Source: a virus
Lineage: Duplodnaviria; Caudoviricetes
IMG/VR virus record: IMGVR_UViG_3300043036_000135
Span: 1-30,162 of that record
DNA length: 30,162 nucleotides
Direction: 5' to 3' (one strand)
Shown: piece by piece, positions 18,393 to 25,800 of the stretch
Layout of the letters: the number at the start of each line of letters is the position of its first letter
Position numbering within the stretch: the stretch's first letter is position 1
Notes under the pieces: generated by a model
What the model was told of the DNA's origin: nothing
The model's database searches: none
What the model saw: the letters and a program-made list of their open reading frames with translations, nothing else
Position numbers and translations under genes: made by a program

Positions 18393-20146
18393 GTGAAACT
18401 GTAAATGTCGTTATAGCTGGAACGCCGACGCCAATTGTTTTATTTGATGCAAACACACTTGAGGCAGCTAATCAGGCGGGTTTAGCCATAGCCAGCGCCA
18501 ATGCATCTGAGGCAAGCGCTGCTGCGGCGCAAGCACTTGTCGGGCCTGTTTATGCTGATACGGCTACAGGACTTGCTGCTACAGCGCCGAATGGCTTTTT
18601 CGCGGTTAATGATGCTGGCATAGTTACAATCTATCAAGATGTTGCTGGCGTTGCTGTAGCGCAGCGTACTCTGCCAACGTCTGCCACCCTCGCGGCATCT
18701 GGTGGCTCTGCGCTTGTGGGGTTCATCCGTTCAACATCTGGTGCGGTGCTGGCATCACTGCAAGACATTCTACGCCGCGCCCTTCACCCTACGCCGCAAG
18801 ACTTTGGTGCGGTTGCGGGCGGTAGCGCTACAACAAACACAACAGCGTTCAACAACTGGATTGCTCACCTTAACGCAGCGCCGCTTGCGTCGGGGTATGT
18901 CCCTGCTGGCGGTTATGACATTGATGGCAATTTAGACCCATTCACTCGCGCTGTTGATATTTATGGCGCTGGTTATTCGTCAATCATTCGATTTACATCT
19001 GCGACAGCGCAAGGCTTTGACTTTCAAGCAGCGGGTTCAAATTTAAGCAAGTTGTCCATCAAGCATATTAACGCTGACGGCGGAACTAACCAGAGCGCTG
19101 GTTGGCTTGTTAAGTTCTCGCACCCTAGCGAACTTAATCGAGGTTCCAGCGTCTCCAAGGTCTTGTTTGTTGGCGGCATCCGGCAGGTAACGATTAACAG
19201 TTGCACAGGCTTTCGGGCTAACGGTTGTTTCTTCTTTGACCCTAAAAGCACATCGCTTAGTTATTCGATTTACATCGAAAACACTTACGCGCCTGACGCT
19301 GGCGATAATTTCCTGACCAACAACGTCTTTGCTTGTGCGGATGATGCAGGGTCCGTGGGCCGCGTTGCGATCTATCACCAATCAGGCGGTGGCCTTTACC
19401 GTTCCTCCAATAAGTTCCTTTATTATGATTATCACTATTTGATGGAATTGGGCGCTGGGGTTTTAACCTCAATTACCAACACATCAAACGATAGCATGGA
19501 ACACGCGGTTATCGCCTCGCAAGCCTATCGCTCCGCCTTCGCGGACAACGGCTTCGAGGCTGTAACCTACACTGGCAACCACTTCGGTAGCAATGAAGTC
19601 GATATTTTGTTTGATACTAACGCGGCCAATCCTGACTGGATTACCGCAATCAACATTAGTGGAAACAACAGCACAAAAGCCAACGTCGGCATACGCATTT
19701 ATAGCGGCGCAAATATCACTGTTAAAGATAATATCCTTACAGGTCTTGCTAGTGTTTTCGGCATCGAAACAGCGGCGGCGGTTGCTGATGTGCGGCTCGG
19801 TGGCAATAAGGTTTCCGGCTTTGCTGCACCTTATTCTCTGGCCAGCACTTTAACCTATATTGAACGCTACCCGATTGCGGTAACAGGCACGGCTACATTG
19901 AGCGGCGGCGCGTGGGGGGCAAGCGGCTTGTTCTTTGGCAACGCAACTATCACGCTGCCCGCTGCTTTCCCCGGCGGGATAGCGAACGCATTTATCCGCG
20001 TTGAAATAACAGGCGGGGGCGGTTCCGGTGCTGGCGTTTCTGGCTTTGTTGACAGCCTCATATCAGAAACAAGCGTTTCGATTGTTGTCTTGGGGGCGGT
20101 GACTGGAAACACAGTCCCCTATCGCGTTGTCGTCGAGGGTTACTAG
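18389..20146 (+). CDS. Tail spike, parallel beta-helix (putative polysaccharide depolymerase)
   Basis: LAASGGSALVGF linker, P.DFGAV.G....NT.AF cap motif, Asn-ladder repeats (TNNVF, TGNHF, ISGNN, KDNIL, GGNKV). Confidence 0.85.
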   Translation: MSETVNVVIAGTPTPIVLFDANTLEAANQAGLAIASANASEASAAAAQALVGPVYADTATGLAATAPNGFFAVNDAGIVTIYQDVAGVAVAQRTLPTSATLAASGGSALVGFIRSTSGAVLASLQDILRRALHPTPQDFGAVAGGSATTNTTAFNNWIAHLNAAPLASGYVPAGGYDIDGNLDPFTRAVDIYGAGYSSIIRFTSATAQGFDFQAAGSNLSKLSIKHINADGGTNQSAGWLVKFSHPSELNRGSSVSKVLFVGGIRQVTINSCTGFRANGCFFFDPKSTSLSYSIYIENTYAPDAGDNFLTNNVFACADDAGSVGRVAIYHQSGGGLYRSSNKFLYYDYHYLMELGAGVLTSITNTSNDSMEHAVIASQAYRSAFADNGFEAVTYTGNHFGSNEVDILFDTNAANPDWITAINISGNNSTKANVGIRIYSGANITVKDNILTGLASVFGIETAAAVADVRLGGNKVSGFAAPYSLASTLTYIERYPIAVTGTATLSGGAWGASGLFFGNATITLPAAFPGGIANAFIRVEITGGGGSGAGVSGFVDSLISETSVSIVVLGAVTGNTVPYRVVVEGY

Positions 20147-20147
20147 C

Positions 20148-20357
20148 ATGACCACGCACGACATTCTCGACCACCTCGGCACTGGCTTCAAATACCTGCT
20201 GGATGCCCTTTCCATATCCGTTGTCATAGGAGCAGTTGTGCAGCTTTTGCCACCTATCGCCGCTGGCATGTCAATCCTTTGGCTAGGGCTTCAGATGTTC
20301 ACATGGTTTCGGCGCAAGGGCTGGCAGACAGACGAAGAAAAGGCGCGGAATAGCTAA
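20148..20357 (+). CDS. Small membrane protein, holin-like
   Basis: 69 aa; K...DALSISVVIGA...LPPIAA..SILW hydrophobic span; charged C-terminus. Confidence 0.65.
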   Translation: MTTHDILDHLGTGFKYLLDALSISVVIGAVVQLLPPIAAGMSILWLGLQMFTWFRRKGWQTDEEKARNS

Positions 20358-20503
20358 TGCGCCGTGCGTTGGACTTCATGGCATCCCTGCTGTGGTTCAC
20401 CGCATGGGCAACATTCGCCGCAATATTATTCATCGCAAGCACGGCGCTTCTGCCGTTTATTTTGGCCGCGTTTCTGTGCGGTCGGTTCTCACGCAAAAGG
20501 TGA
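20357..20503 (+). CDS. Small membrane protein (48 aa; not in ORF track)
   Basis: TAATG overlap; MRRALDFMASLLWFTAWATFAAILFIASTALLPFILAAFLCGRFSRKR. Confidence 0.6.
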   Translation: MRRALDFMASLLWFTAWATFAAILFIASTALLPFILAAFLCGRFSRKR

Positions 20504-20506
20504 TTG

Positions 20507-21691
20507 ATGGCATATAACACACTTCAAGTGGACGTTGGCCTTTATGATTACTGCACACCTCGGCAAAGAGAAATACTAGAGGCAATTGAATCCCAAGGCG
20601 GCGCTACGGCAGCGGCTAAATACCTAGAGTGCGACAAGACGCTTCCTGCCAAAACTTACAACATCGTCAAAGCCAAGGCCGCAAAGCAAGGTTATGCACC
20701 TGAATTTGATATGTCGCATCCTGTGCCAGATGGCTTTGTCGCCAAGGGCATATCAACTTACTACAATTCCGAAGGCAAGCCCACAGCGCAATGGGTGAAA
20801 GCGTCTGTCGATCATGAGCGCCAACAAGCGATTTACCGCGCCGCTGTTGAAGCAATGTCGGAGGACTTGCCGCGCCTTCATCCGGTAGCTGCACCTACGC
20901 AATTAAACGCCGACCTAATGACGCTCTACACCCTGACAGACGCCCATATAGGGGCTTTGGCTTGGCATAGGGAAGGCGGCGCGGATTGGGATTTATCCAT
21001 CGCAGAAGCCGTCATTGTTGGATGCTTTGAATTAGTAATTGAAAGCTCACCTAATGCAGAAACGGCGGTGCTTAACCAGCTTGGCGATTTGCTGCACTAT
21101 GACGGGCTATCAGCGGTTACACCGACAAGCGGACACATTCTAGACGCTGACGGGCGCTTTACCAAAATGGTTGAGGTTGCCGTGCGGGTATTGCGGCGCA
21201 TCATTGCCATGCTGTTAGCCAAACACGCCAAGGTGCATGTTATTCTTGCAGAGGGCAATCACGACATGGCGTCAAGCGTCTGGCTCCGCACCATGTTTAA
21301 GGCGCTCTACGAAAATGAGCCGCGCATCACGGTCGATGATAGCGCACTGCCTTATTATGCGTTTGAGTTTGGTGACACGATGAACGTATTCCACCATTCA
21401 CACCTCAAGAAGTTTGGCGCGATGCGCGAGATTATCCCTGCCATGTTTGCCGAAATGTGGGGGCGCACAAAGAAGCGTTACTGCCACACCGGAAACCTTC
21501 ACCACACCAAAGAGGATGAACATGCGGGCCTAAAGGTGATGCAACATCCGACATTGGCAGGGCGTGATGCCTATGCGGCGCGGGGGGCTTGGTTCTCTGA
21601 CCGCGAAATGTGTTCAATCACTTATCACAAGAAATTCGGGCAGGGGCGGCGGGCCTACGTATGCCCTGAAATGTTGGAGGTTGCAGCATGA
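20507..21691 (+). CDS. Calcineurin-like metallophosphoesterase with N-terminal HTH
   Basis: TDAH, LGDLLH, EGNHD, HHSH and TGNLHH motifs; N-terminal TPRQREIL....GG.TAAAKYL helix-turn-helix. Confidence 0.85.
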   Translation: MAYNTLQVDVGLYDYCTPRQREILEAIESQGGATAAAKYLECDKTLPAKTYNIVKAKAAKQGYAPEFDMSHPVPDGFVAKGISTYYNSEGKPTAQWVKASVDHERQQAIYRAAVEAMSEDLPRLHPVAAPTQLNADLMTLYTLTDAHIGALAWHREGGADWDLSIAEAVIVGCFELVIESSPNAETAVLNQLGDLLHYDGLSAVTPTSGHILDADGRFTKMVEVAVRVLRRIIAMLLAKHAKVHVILAEGNHDMASSVWLRTMFKALYENEPRITVDDSALPYYAFEFGDTMNVFHHSHLKKFGAMREIIPAMFAEMWGRTKKRYCHTGNLHHTKEDEHAGLKVMQHPTLAGRDAYAARGAWFSDREMCSITYHKKFGQGRRAYVCPEMLEVAA

Positions 21692-21735
21692 ATAAGGCAT
21701 TTTTCGACAAGCTACGCAGCGGCATCATGGGGCCA
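21688..21735 (+). pseudogene. N-terminal stub of a displaced endolysin-like gene
   Basis: GGAGG RBS plus ATGA coupling; MNKAFFDKLRSGIMGP resembles N-termini of alphaproteobacterial phage GH19-type endolysins; AT-rich junction follows. Confidence 0.5.
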
Positions 21736-21788
21736 CGCATAATGCTAATTAACTTGCATATTCCCCACTGTTCTGTAAGTGTAAGCGC

Positions 21789-22319
21789 ATGGAAATATGG
21801 AAAGACATCCCCGGCTTTGAGGGTTGGTATCAAGCAAGTGATTTGGGCAACATCAGAAGCGTTGAGCGGATGGTTAAGACCAAGGGTGGCGCTCTTAGGC
21901 ACAGTGCCAGCAAGGTGCTTGCACCGGGTGGGCCGCGCTACGCTCTGGTTATCCTTAGTATTGATGGGAAGCGCAAAACACGCGGCGTTCATCGGCTGGT
22001 CTGCACAGCCTTTCATGGTGCGCCTCCGCCAAATGCACATGCCGCACATAACGATGGCGATATATCAAACAACAAAGCCAAGAATTTACGATGGGCCACG
22101 GCAAAAGAGAACTGCTTGGACAGGGTTTTGCACAAAACTTGGGTTCATGGGGCAAGAGTCAACACAGCCAAAATGGCTGAAAGCGACATTCAGCAAGTCA
22201 AGATTAGAGCCGCTAACGGCGAAAGCCGCATCAGTATTGCAAAGGACATGGGTGTCCATCGATCCAGTATCGACCAACTTCTGCGCGGTGACACTTGGCA
22301 GCACCTTATCGAAAACTAA
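21789..22319 (+). CDS. NUMOD4-HNH homing endonuclease
   Basis: EIWKDIPGFEG.YQASDLGNIRS (NUMOD4); VHRLVC.AF.G, H.DGD..NN...NLRWAT..EN (HNH); C-terminal HTH. Confidence 0.95.
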   Translation: MEIWKDIPGFEGWYQASDLGNIRSVERMVKTKGGALRHSASKVLAPGGPRYALVILSIDGKRKTRGVHRLVCTAFHGAPPPNAHAAHNDGDISNNKAKNLRWATAKENCLDRVLHKTWVHGARVNTAKMAESDIQQVKIRAANGESRISIAKDMGVHRSSIDQLLRGDTWQHLIEN

Positions 22320-22352
22320 CGGAGGTCACTTGATCTCCAATTGGAGGCAAGC

Positions 22353-22775
22353 ATGTTACCCATAAGGCATTTAACAATTCACTGTGCCGCAACGCCAGAA
22401 GGCCGCGCCGTAACGCACCAGCAAATAAGCGAGTGGGACATCGCCAAGTTTGGCCAGATTAGCTATCATTGGGTGATTGAACTAGACGGCACGATGCACC
22501 GCACGTTGCCAGATACCAAGCGCGGCGCTCACGTTGGCAAGGCTAACACCGGCAACATTGGCATTTGCTACATTGGCGGCATGGACAAAAACATGAAAGT
22601 GCCGAAAGACACCCGCACTGTCATGCAAAAGAAGGCGCTACGGACGCTCGTTAATACCTACAAAGAGCGTTATCCCGGCATCGTTATTCGTGGTCACAAT
22701 GAATGGCCCGGAGTGGCTAAAGCGTGCCCAAGTTTTTCTGTCGAATGGTGGCTGGCACAGGACATGCCGGTATGA
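22353..22775 (+). CDS. Endolysin, N-acetylmuramoyl-L-alanine amidase (T7 lysozyme-like)
   Basis: IHCAAT, SYHWVI, GAHV, IGICYIGG, GHNE, KACPSF zinc-amidase motifs; GGAGG RBS at 22343. Confidence 0.95.
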   Translation: MLPIRHLTIHCAATPEGRAVTHQQISEWDIAKFGQISYHWVIELDGTMHRTLPDTKRGAHVGKANTGNIGICYIGGMDKNMKVPKDTRTVMQKKALRTLVNTYKERYPGIVIRGHNEWPGVAKACPSFSVEWWLAQDMPV

Positions 22776-23077
22776 TTAACCTCACCACACCAGACGGACG
22801 CAGGGCGGCTGCATTTGCGGCATTGCTTGGCGGTTGCGGGGTTATGACAATCTTTGCAGCCGTGGGCGTCTACATCGTCGCGGGAAACGCAAAATACAGC
22901 TTTTACCTCGCGCTGGCTGCGCATGTGCAAATATTGCTTGGCCTGACTGCGTTTACTGCCTTGTTTGTGAAAAGGAACTTATCGCTAGGCAAAGAGGGCG
23001 TTTCAATCACAGATCAACCTGACGCGATACATGAAGGCGACACGGTAACGCTGGAGAAAACCGATGGAGCTAGCTGA
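22772..23077 (+). CDS. Putative holin (2 TM segments)
   Basis: Two hydrophobic spans and a polar C-tail; ATGA-coupled to the amidase. Confidence 0.65.
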   Translation: MINLTTPDGRRAAAFAALLGGCGVMTIFAAVGVYIVAGNAKYSFYLALAAHVQILLGLTAFTALFVKRNLSLGKEGVSITDQPDAIHEGDTVTLEKTDGAS

Positions 23078-23312
23078 AGTTGTTACCCTATACGACACAA
23101 ACGCAAACCACATTACCGACATGCTGCGTAAGCGGGCAGAGGCGATTGATGCGGAAACGGATGAGGATGACAAGACCGTTGCAATGATTGCCATTGAAGT
23201 GACGGAAAGCGGCGATCTTGAGGTGTATGGTTTCGGCAAGACAAATGACTTCCATTGCCTTGGCGTTCTCGCAATGGCGTCTGCACGGCTTGCTGTAGGG
23301 CCTGCAGAATGA
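23064..23312 (+). CDS. Hypothetical acidic protein
   Basis: GGAG RBS; 82 aa; overlaps both neighbours. Confidence 0.7.
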   Translation: MELAEVVTLYDTNANHITDMLRKRAEAIDAETDEDDKTVAMIAIEVTESGDLEVYGFGKTNDFHCLGVLAMASARLAVGPAE

Positions 23313-23650
23313 TTGCCCGCATATCTGGCTTTCTCGCCACGTTCAAGGTCTGGCTAATCGCAATCGCCGTGCTTGTGCCTAGCGCCTATCTCAAGGGCTG
23401 TAGCGACGGCATGGAGCGCATAAACGCAAAGTGGGCTAAACAGGCCGCAAAGGTTGAAAGCGTCGCTAGGGAAGCGTCAGAAGGCGCTACGGCGGCAAAG
23501 GAAACGCGGGACGTCATATTCCGCACTGAACAAAGGGAATTGCAAGATGTTATCCAAACGCCAAGCGGTGAGCCTGTTGGTTCTAACGTCCGCAATGTTC
23601 TTGAACGCCTGCGGGAACAACAGGCCGCAAGTAATCAAGCCGCCGATTGA
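23309..23650 (+). CDS. Rz: i-spanin (Rz-like)
   Basis: N-terminal TM segment then a charged helical region; overlaps the lipoprotein gene. Confidence 0.8.
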   Translation: MIARISGFLATFKVWLIAIAVLVPSAYLKGCSDGMERINAKWAKQAAKVESVAREASEGATAAKETRDVIFRTEQRELQDVIQTPSGEPVGSNVRNVLERLREQQAASNQAAD

Positions 23651-23798
23651 ACGCCTGCAATGCGTCGAGGAGCCTAGCGTTCCGGTTGACGTTACAGACG
23701 ATACGGTAGCGCAGTTTATAATTGATCTACGCGGGGCAGGGCAGGATTGTCGCTCTCAACTTTTATGGGTTCGGGACTTCTTTGCAAAGCAGGGTTAA
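23547..23798 (+). CDS. Rz1: o-spanin lipoprotein (Rz1-like)
   Basis: Signal peptide with lipobox LNAC; PP..RL.C..EP.VP and G.DCRSQL..VR; starts inside Rz in the +1 frame. Confidence 0.88.
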   Translation: MLSKRQAVSLLVLTSAMFLNACGNNRPQVIKPPIERLQCVEEPSVPVDVTDDTVAQFIIDLRGAGQDCRSQLLWVRDFFAKQG

Positions 23799-24073
23799 TC
23801 AGCAAGAGCGCGTATATCTGCCGCCACTTTGAGGCGTTCGAAACCAGCGCCTTGGTCAAAAACGCTTGCACTCCAAGACATGCCAACGGCACCATTTTCC
23901 GCCACCTTAGCGCACTCCTCCCGCACAGCATCGCGGTATCTGGCAAAGCACTGCACAAGATAGTCATCATCTGCAATGCCGATCTCCTCCAGCTTCCACG
24001 GTCCTTCGCCTTGCAAATATAGCTTGGCGGCATGTGTCGGGCATGTGTCTACAGCATCGCGTTCATTATCCAT
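23795..24073 (-). CDS. Hypothetical phage protein
   Basis: GGAG RBS; 'AVREECAKVAE...AADIRAL' motif common in small phage early proteins. Confidence 0.75.
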   Translation of the reverse strand: MDNERDAVDTCPTHAAKLYLQGEGPWKLEEIGIADDDYLVQCFARYRDAVREECAKVAENGAVGMSWSASVFDQGAGFERLKVAADIRALAD

Positions 24074-24314
24074 TGTCTTTCTCCAAAATTGCCGCGTCGA
24101 TCATGGCTTGCCAACAATCCTTAGCGCGAGTTTCTGGATTAACCGGCCTGTAATCCATGCCTGCATAAATCATCCCCACGCTCGGCTCCCGTATCGCCTT
24201 AAGCACGGCCAATACTTGCGGGACATAAAGCGGCCAGCAATCTTCTTCAGTATGAAAAAACTTGCACAAATCGCGCGCCGCACGCTCAAACGGGGCTATC
24301 TCTTGGTCAGTCAT
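24066..24314 (-). CDS. Hypothetical phage protein
   Basis: 'ERAAR.LC...A.LKAIREPS..M..AG...WQAMIDAA' motif; ATGA coupling. Confidence 0.8.
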   Translation of the reverse strand: MTDQEIAPFERAARDLCKFFHTEEDCWPLYVPQVLAVLKAIREPSVGMIYAGMDYRPVNPETRAKDCWQAMIDAAILEKDNG

Positions 24315-24574
24315 GCTGCACCTGCTTTCTTAATGGCCTCATGTAGCATTTGGAGCGCATTGGATGACTCTTGTGTGTGCGCTTCTATGTCGCCGTTCAA
24401 GAGGTTGTTCCAGACGGCAAAGCCCGCAAGCTGCATTTCAGCAATGAGGTCTGCTGCTTCGGTGCAAGTTGCTTCATGCGCCTCTGCATTTTCGATCTTG
24501 AAGCCATAGGTGGGCTTATGGGAAAACGGTTCCCGCAACTGCGTCACAATAGGCAGTTCGTGTGTCTGTGTCAT
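24311..24574 (-). CDS. Hypothetical phage protein
   Basis: GGAGG RBS; MTQTHELPIVTQLR...EAADLI. Confidence 0.7.
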   Translation of the reverse strand: MTQTHELPIVTQLREPFSHKPTYGFKIENAEAHEATCTEAADLIAEMQLAGFAVWNNLLNGDIEAHTQESSNALQMLHEAIKKAGAA

Positions 24575-24720
24575 GACATGCCTCCACGCATCTGTTCCCA
24601 CCAACGCTTCTTGCATCCCTTGCACTTGTAGAGTGTGCCATCATCGTAATGGACCCATTGAACCCCGAAGTGGTTATGGTAGCCTAAAAAGCAGAGTAAT
24701 TTCTTTAACGCGCCTGTCAT
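24571..24720 (-). CDS. Small Cys/His protein (49 aa, DUF1660-like; not in ORF track)
   Basis: MTGALKKLLCFLGYH...YKCKGCKKRWW; ATGA overlaps at both ends. Confidence 0.7.
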   Translation of the reverse strand: MTGALKKLLCFLGYHNHFGVQWVHYDDGTLYKCKGCKKRWWEQMRGGMS

Positions 24721-24938
24721 GATTGGTCCTTTCTGGCTGATAGCGCTGCGATGGTGTTTGTGAGGGTAGTTGGGCGGGCTTCGCTCAATGCTGCATTTAA
24801 GCGCCCGATTTCTTGCGTTAGCTCAACGATAGTTTTGACATGTTCGGCGCAAGCCTCTGCTGTAGCAAATAACGAAGCTCGGAGCGTGGCGTTTTCTTCT
24901 TGCAGGCGCTTGATTATATCAGGTGCATCATTCTGCAT
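24717..24938 (-). CDS. Hypothetical coiled-coil protein
   Basis: AGGAG RBS; heptad pattern IKRLQEENATLR. Confidence 0.7.
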   Translation of the reverse strand: MQNDAPDIIKRLQEENATLRASLFATAEACAEHVKTIVELTQEIGRLNAALSEARPTTLTNTIAALSARKDQS

Positions 24939-25122
24939 TATCTGTCTCCTTATGTTCACCGCGCTCAATGCAGTAGGCTACGACAAGCAAGCATGTCTGG
25001 ATTGCTACGGCTGGGCGAAATAGCCAATCAAAGGCCATTTTTATGCGGGTGATATATTCGCCTACAGGCGCTTCAATCACGGGTTGACGCAGCCACGCAA
25101 CAATAGCTTTACGTTCGTCCAT
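24928..25122 (-). CDS. Hypothetical phage protein
   Basis: 'ERKAIVAWLR...IERGEH' motif; GGAG RBS; TGATG overlap. Confidence 0.8.
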   Translation of the reverse strand: MDERKAIVAWLRQPVIEAPVGEYITRIKMAFDWLFRPAVAIQTCLLVVAYCIERGEHKETDNAE

Positions 25123-25358
25123 CACAGTTCTCCTTGTGGTGTGGGGGTGGGCTTGGCGGCAATCTTGTAGGCTTCCTCGCGGGGCAGCTTGTGGCCTTCG
25201 CGCAAATGGCTAACCATGCCCATGTGTCCGCCTCCGATGCCACGAGCGCATAAAGAGCATTGCTTGCGCGGCCCGCGTCCCTTGGGGCTTGCCATGCCGC
25301 TACAGCCAAAGCCTCGGCGCATTGCATCCGCTAGGGCGTATTCTGCATATTCTCCCAT
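25122..25358 (-). CDS. Small C2H2-type zinc finger protein
   Basis: MGEYAEYAL; CSLC-x11-SH-LREG-H; GAAGGGG RBS. Confidence 0.7.
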   Translation of the reverse strand: MGEYAEYALADAMRRGFGCSGMASPKGRGPRKQCSLCARGIGGGHMGMVSHLREGHKLPREEAYKIAAKPTPTPQGEL

Positions 25359-25627
25359 TACAACTTCCCCTTCAAAATAAGCGCAACAGTCATTGCTTGA
25401 AATACGCAACGGGCGCGGGTTAGGTCTGCTATTGCGGTGGCGTTTGGTTTACAGGCGCTTTGTAAGCTATTGATTCCATTAGCGCCGTTTTCGCTATGGT
25501 TTACAAAACTAACGTTATTTTTCAACGGTTGCAGCAGGATTGAAAATCCGCGTGTCGGTGGTTCAAATCCGCCCTCGGGCACCATTTTTGCGGCGCGGTT
25601 TACAGTTGGTTTACAGCTAGTGTTCAT
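25358..25627 (-). CDS. attP-spanning ORF (89 aa)
   Basis: GGAG 8 nt before the ATG; ATGA overlap with the XRE gene stop; TAATG overlap with the next start; reads antisense through the tRNA fragment. Confidence 0.45.
   Translation of the reverse strand: MNTSCKPTVNRAAKMVPEGGFEPPTRGFSILLQPLKNNVSFVNHSENGANGINSLQSACKPNATAIADLTRARCVFQAMTVALILKGKL
25463..25475 (-). promoter_or_regulatory. IHF-consensus site in attP
   Basis: AATCAATAGCTTA matches WATCAANNNNTTR exactly, between arm repeats. Confidence 0.65.
25537..25584 (+). other. attP: attP core: 3' half of tRNA-Phe(GAA)
   Basis: GGATTGAAAATCC anticodon stem-loop, T arm GGTGGTTCAAATCCGCC, 3' acceptor strand ending CACCA; no D arm or 5' acceptor strand; ~0.5 kb from int. 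Confidence 0.92.
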
Positions 25628-25800
25628 TTCGCGTTCTCCAAAAGCATCGCAATCAGCTTTGCAACGGGGCCGGAAACTTCCCGATCCCCGCTTTCATATT
25701 GGCGAATAGCGCGGCTTGTCTTTAGGCCAAGCGCCTCGGCCATCGCGTTCTGTGATAGGCCAAGGGCTTTGCGGGCGTCTTTGAATTGGGTGGGTGTCAT
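25624..25800 (-). CDS. XRE-family HTH regulator (58 aa; not in ORF track)
   Basis: MTPTQFKDARKALGLSQNAMAEALGLKTSRAIRQYESGDREVSGPVAKLIAMLL. Confidence 0.9.
   Translation of the reverse strand: MTPTQFKDARKALGLSQNAMAEALGLKTSRAIRQYESGDREVSGPVAKLIAMLLENAK

Larger units (their letters stand above)
25446..25615. repeat. Integrase arm-type repeats GGTTTACA x4
   Basis: Exact copies at 25446, 25498, 25597 and 25608, two on each side of the core. Confidence 0.8.

Noticed and set aside
15687-20146. Diversity-generating retroelement or invertible tail-fibre system
   Set aside because: No reverse transcriptase, invertase or template/variable repeat pair seen in the window
21736-22352. Group I intron carrying the HNH within a lysin gene
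   Set aside because: Only ~50 nt and ~33 nt of non-coding flank, no recognisable P/Q/R/S core, and the amidase is complete with its own RBS and ATG
25510-25584. Functional phage tRNA-Phe gene
   Set aside because: No 5' acceptor strand or D arm upstream; only the 3' half is present, consistent with attP
25446-25615. CRISPR-like mini-array
   Set aside because: Repeats are only 8 bp with irregular spacing and are explained as integrase arm sites
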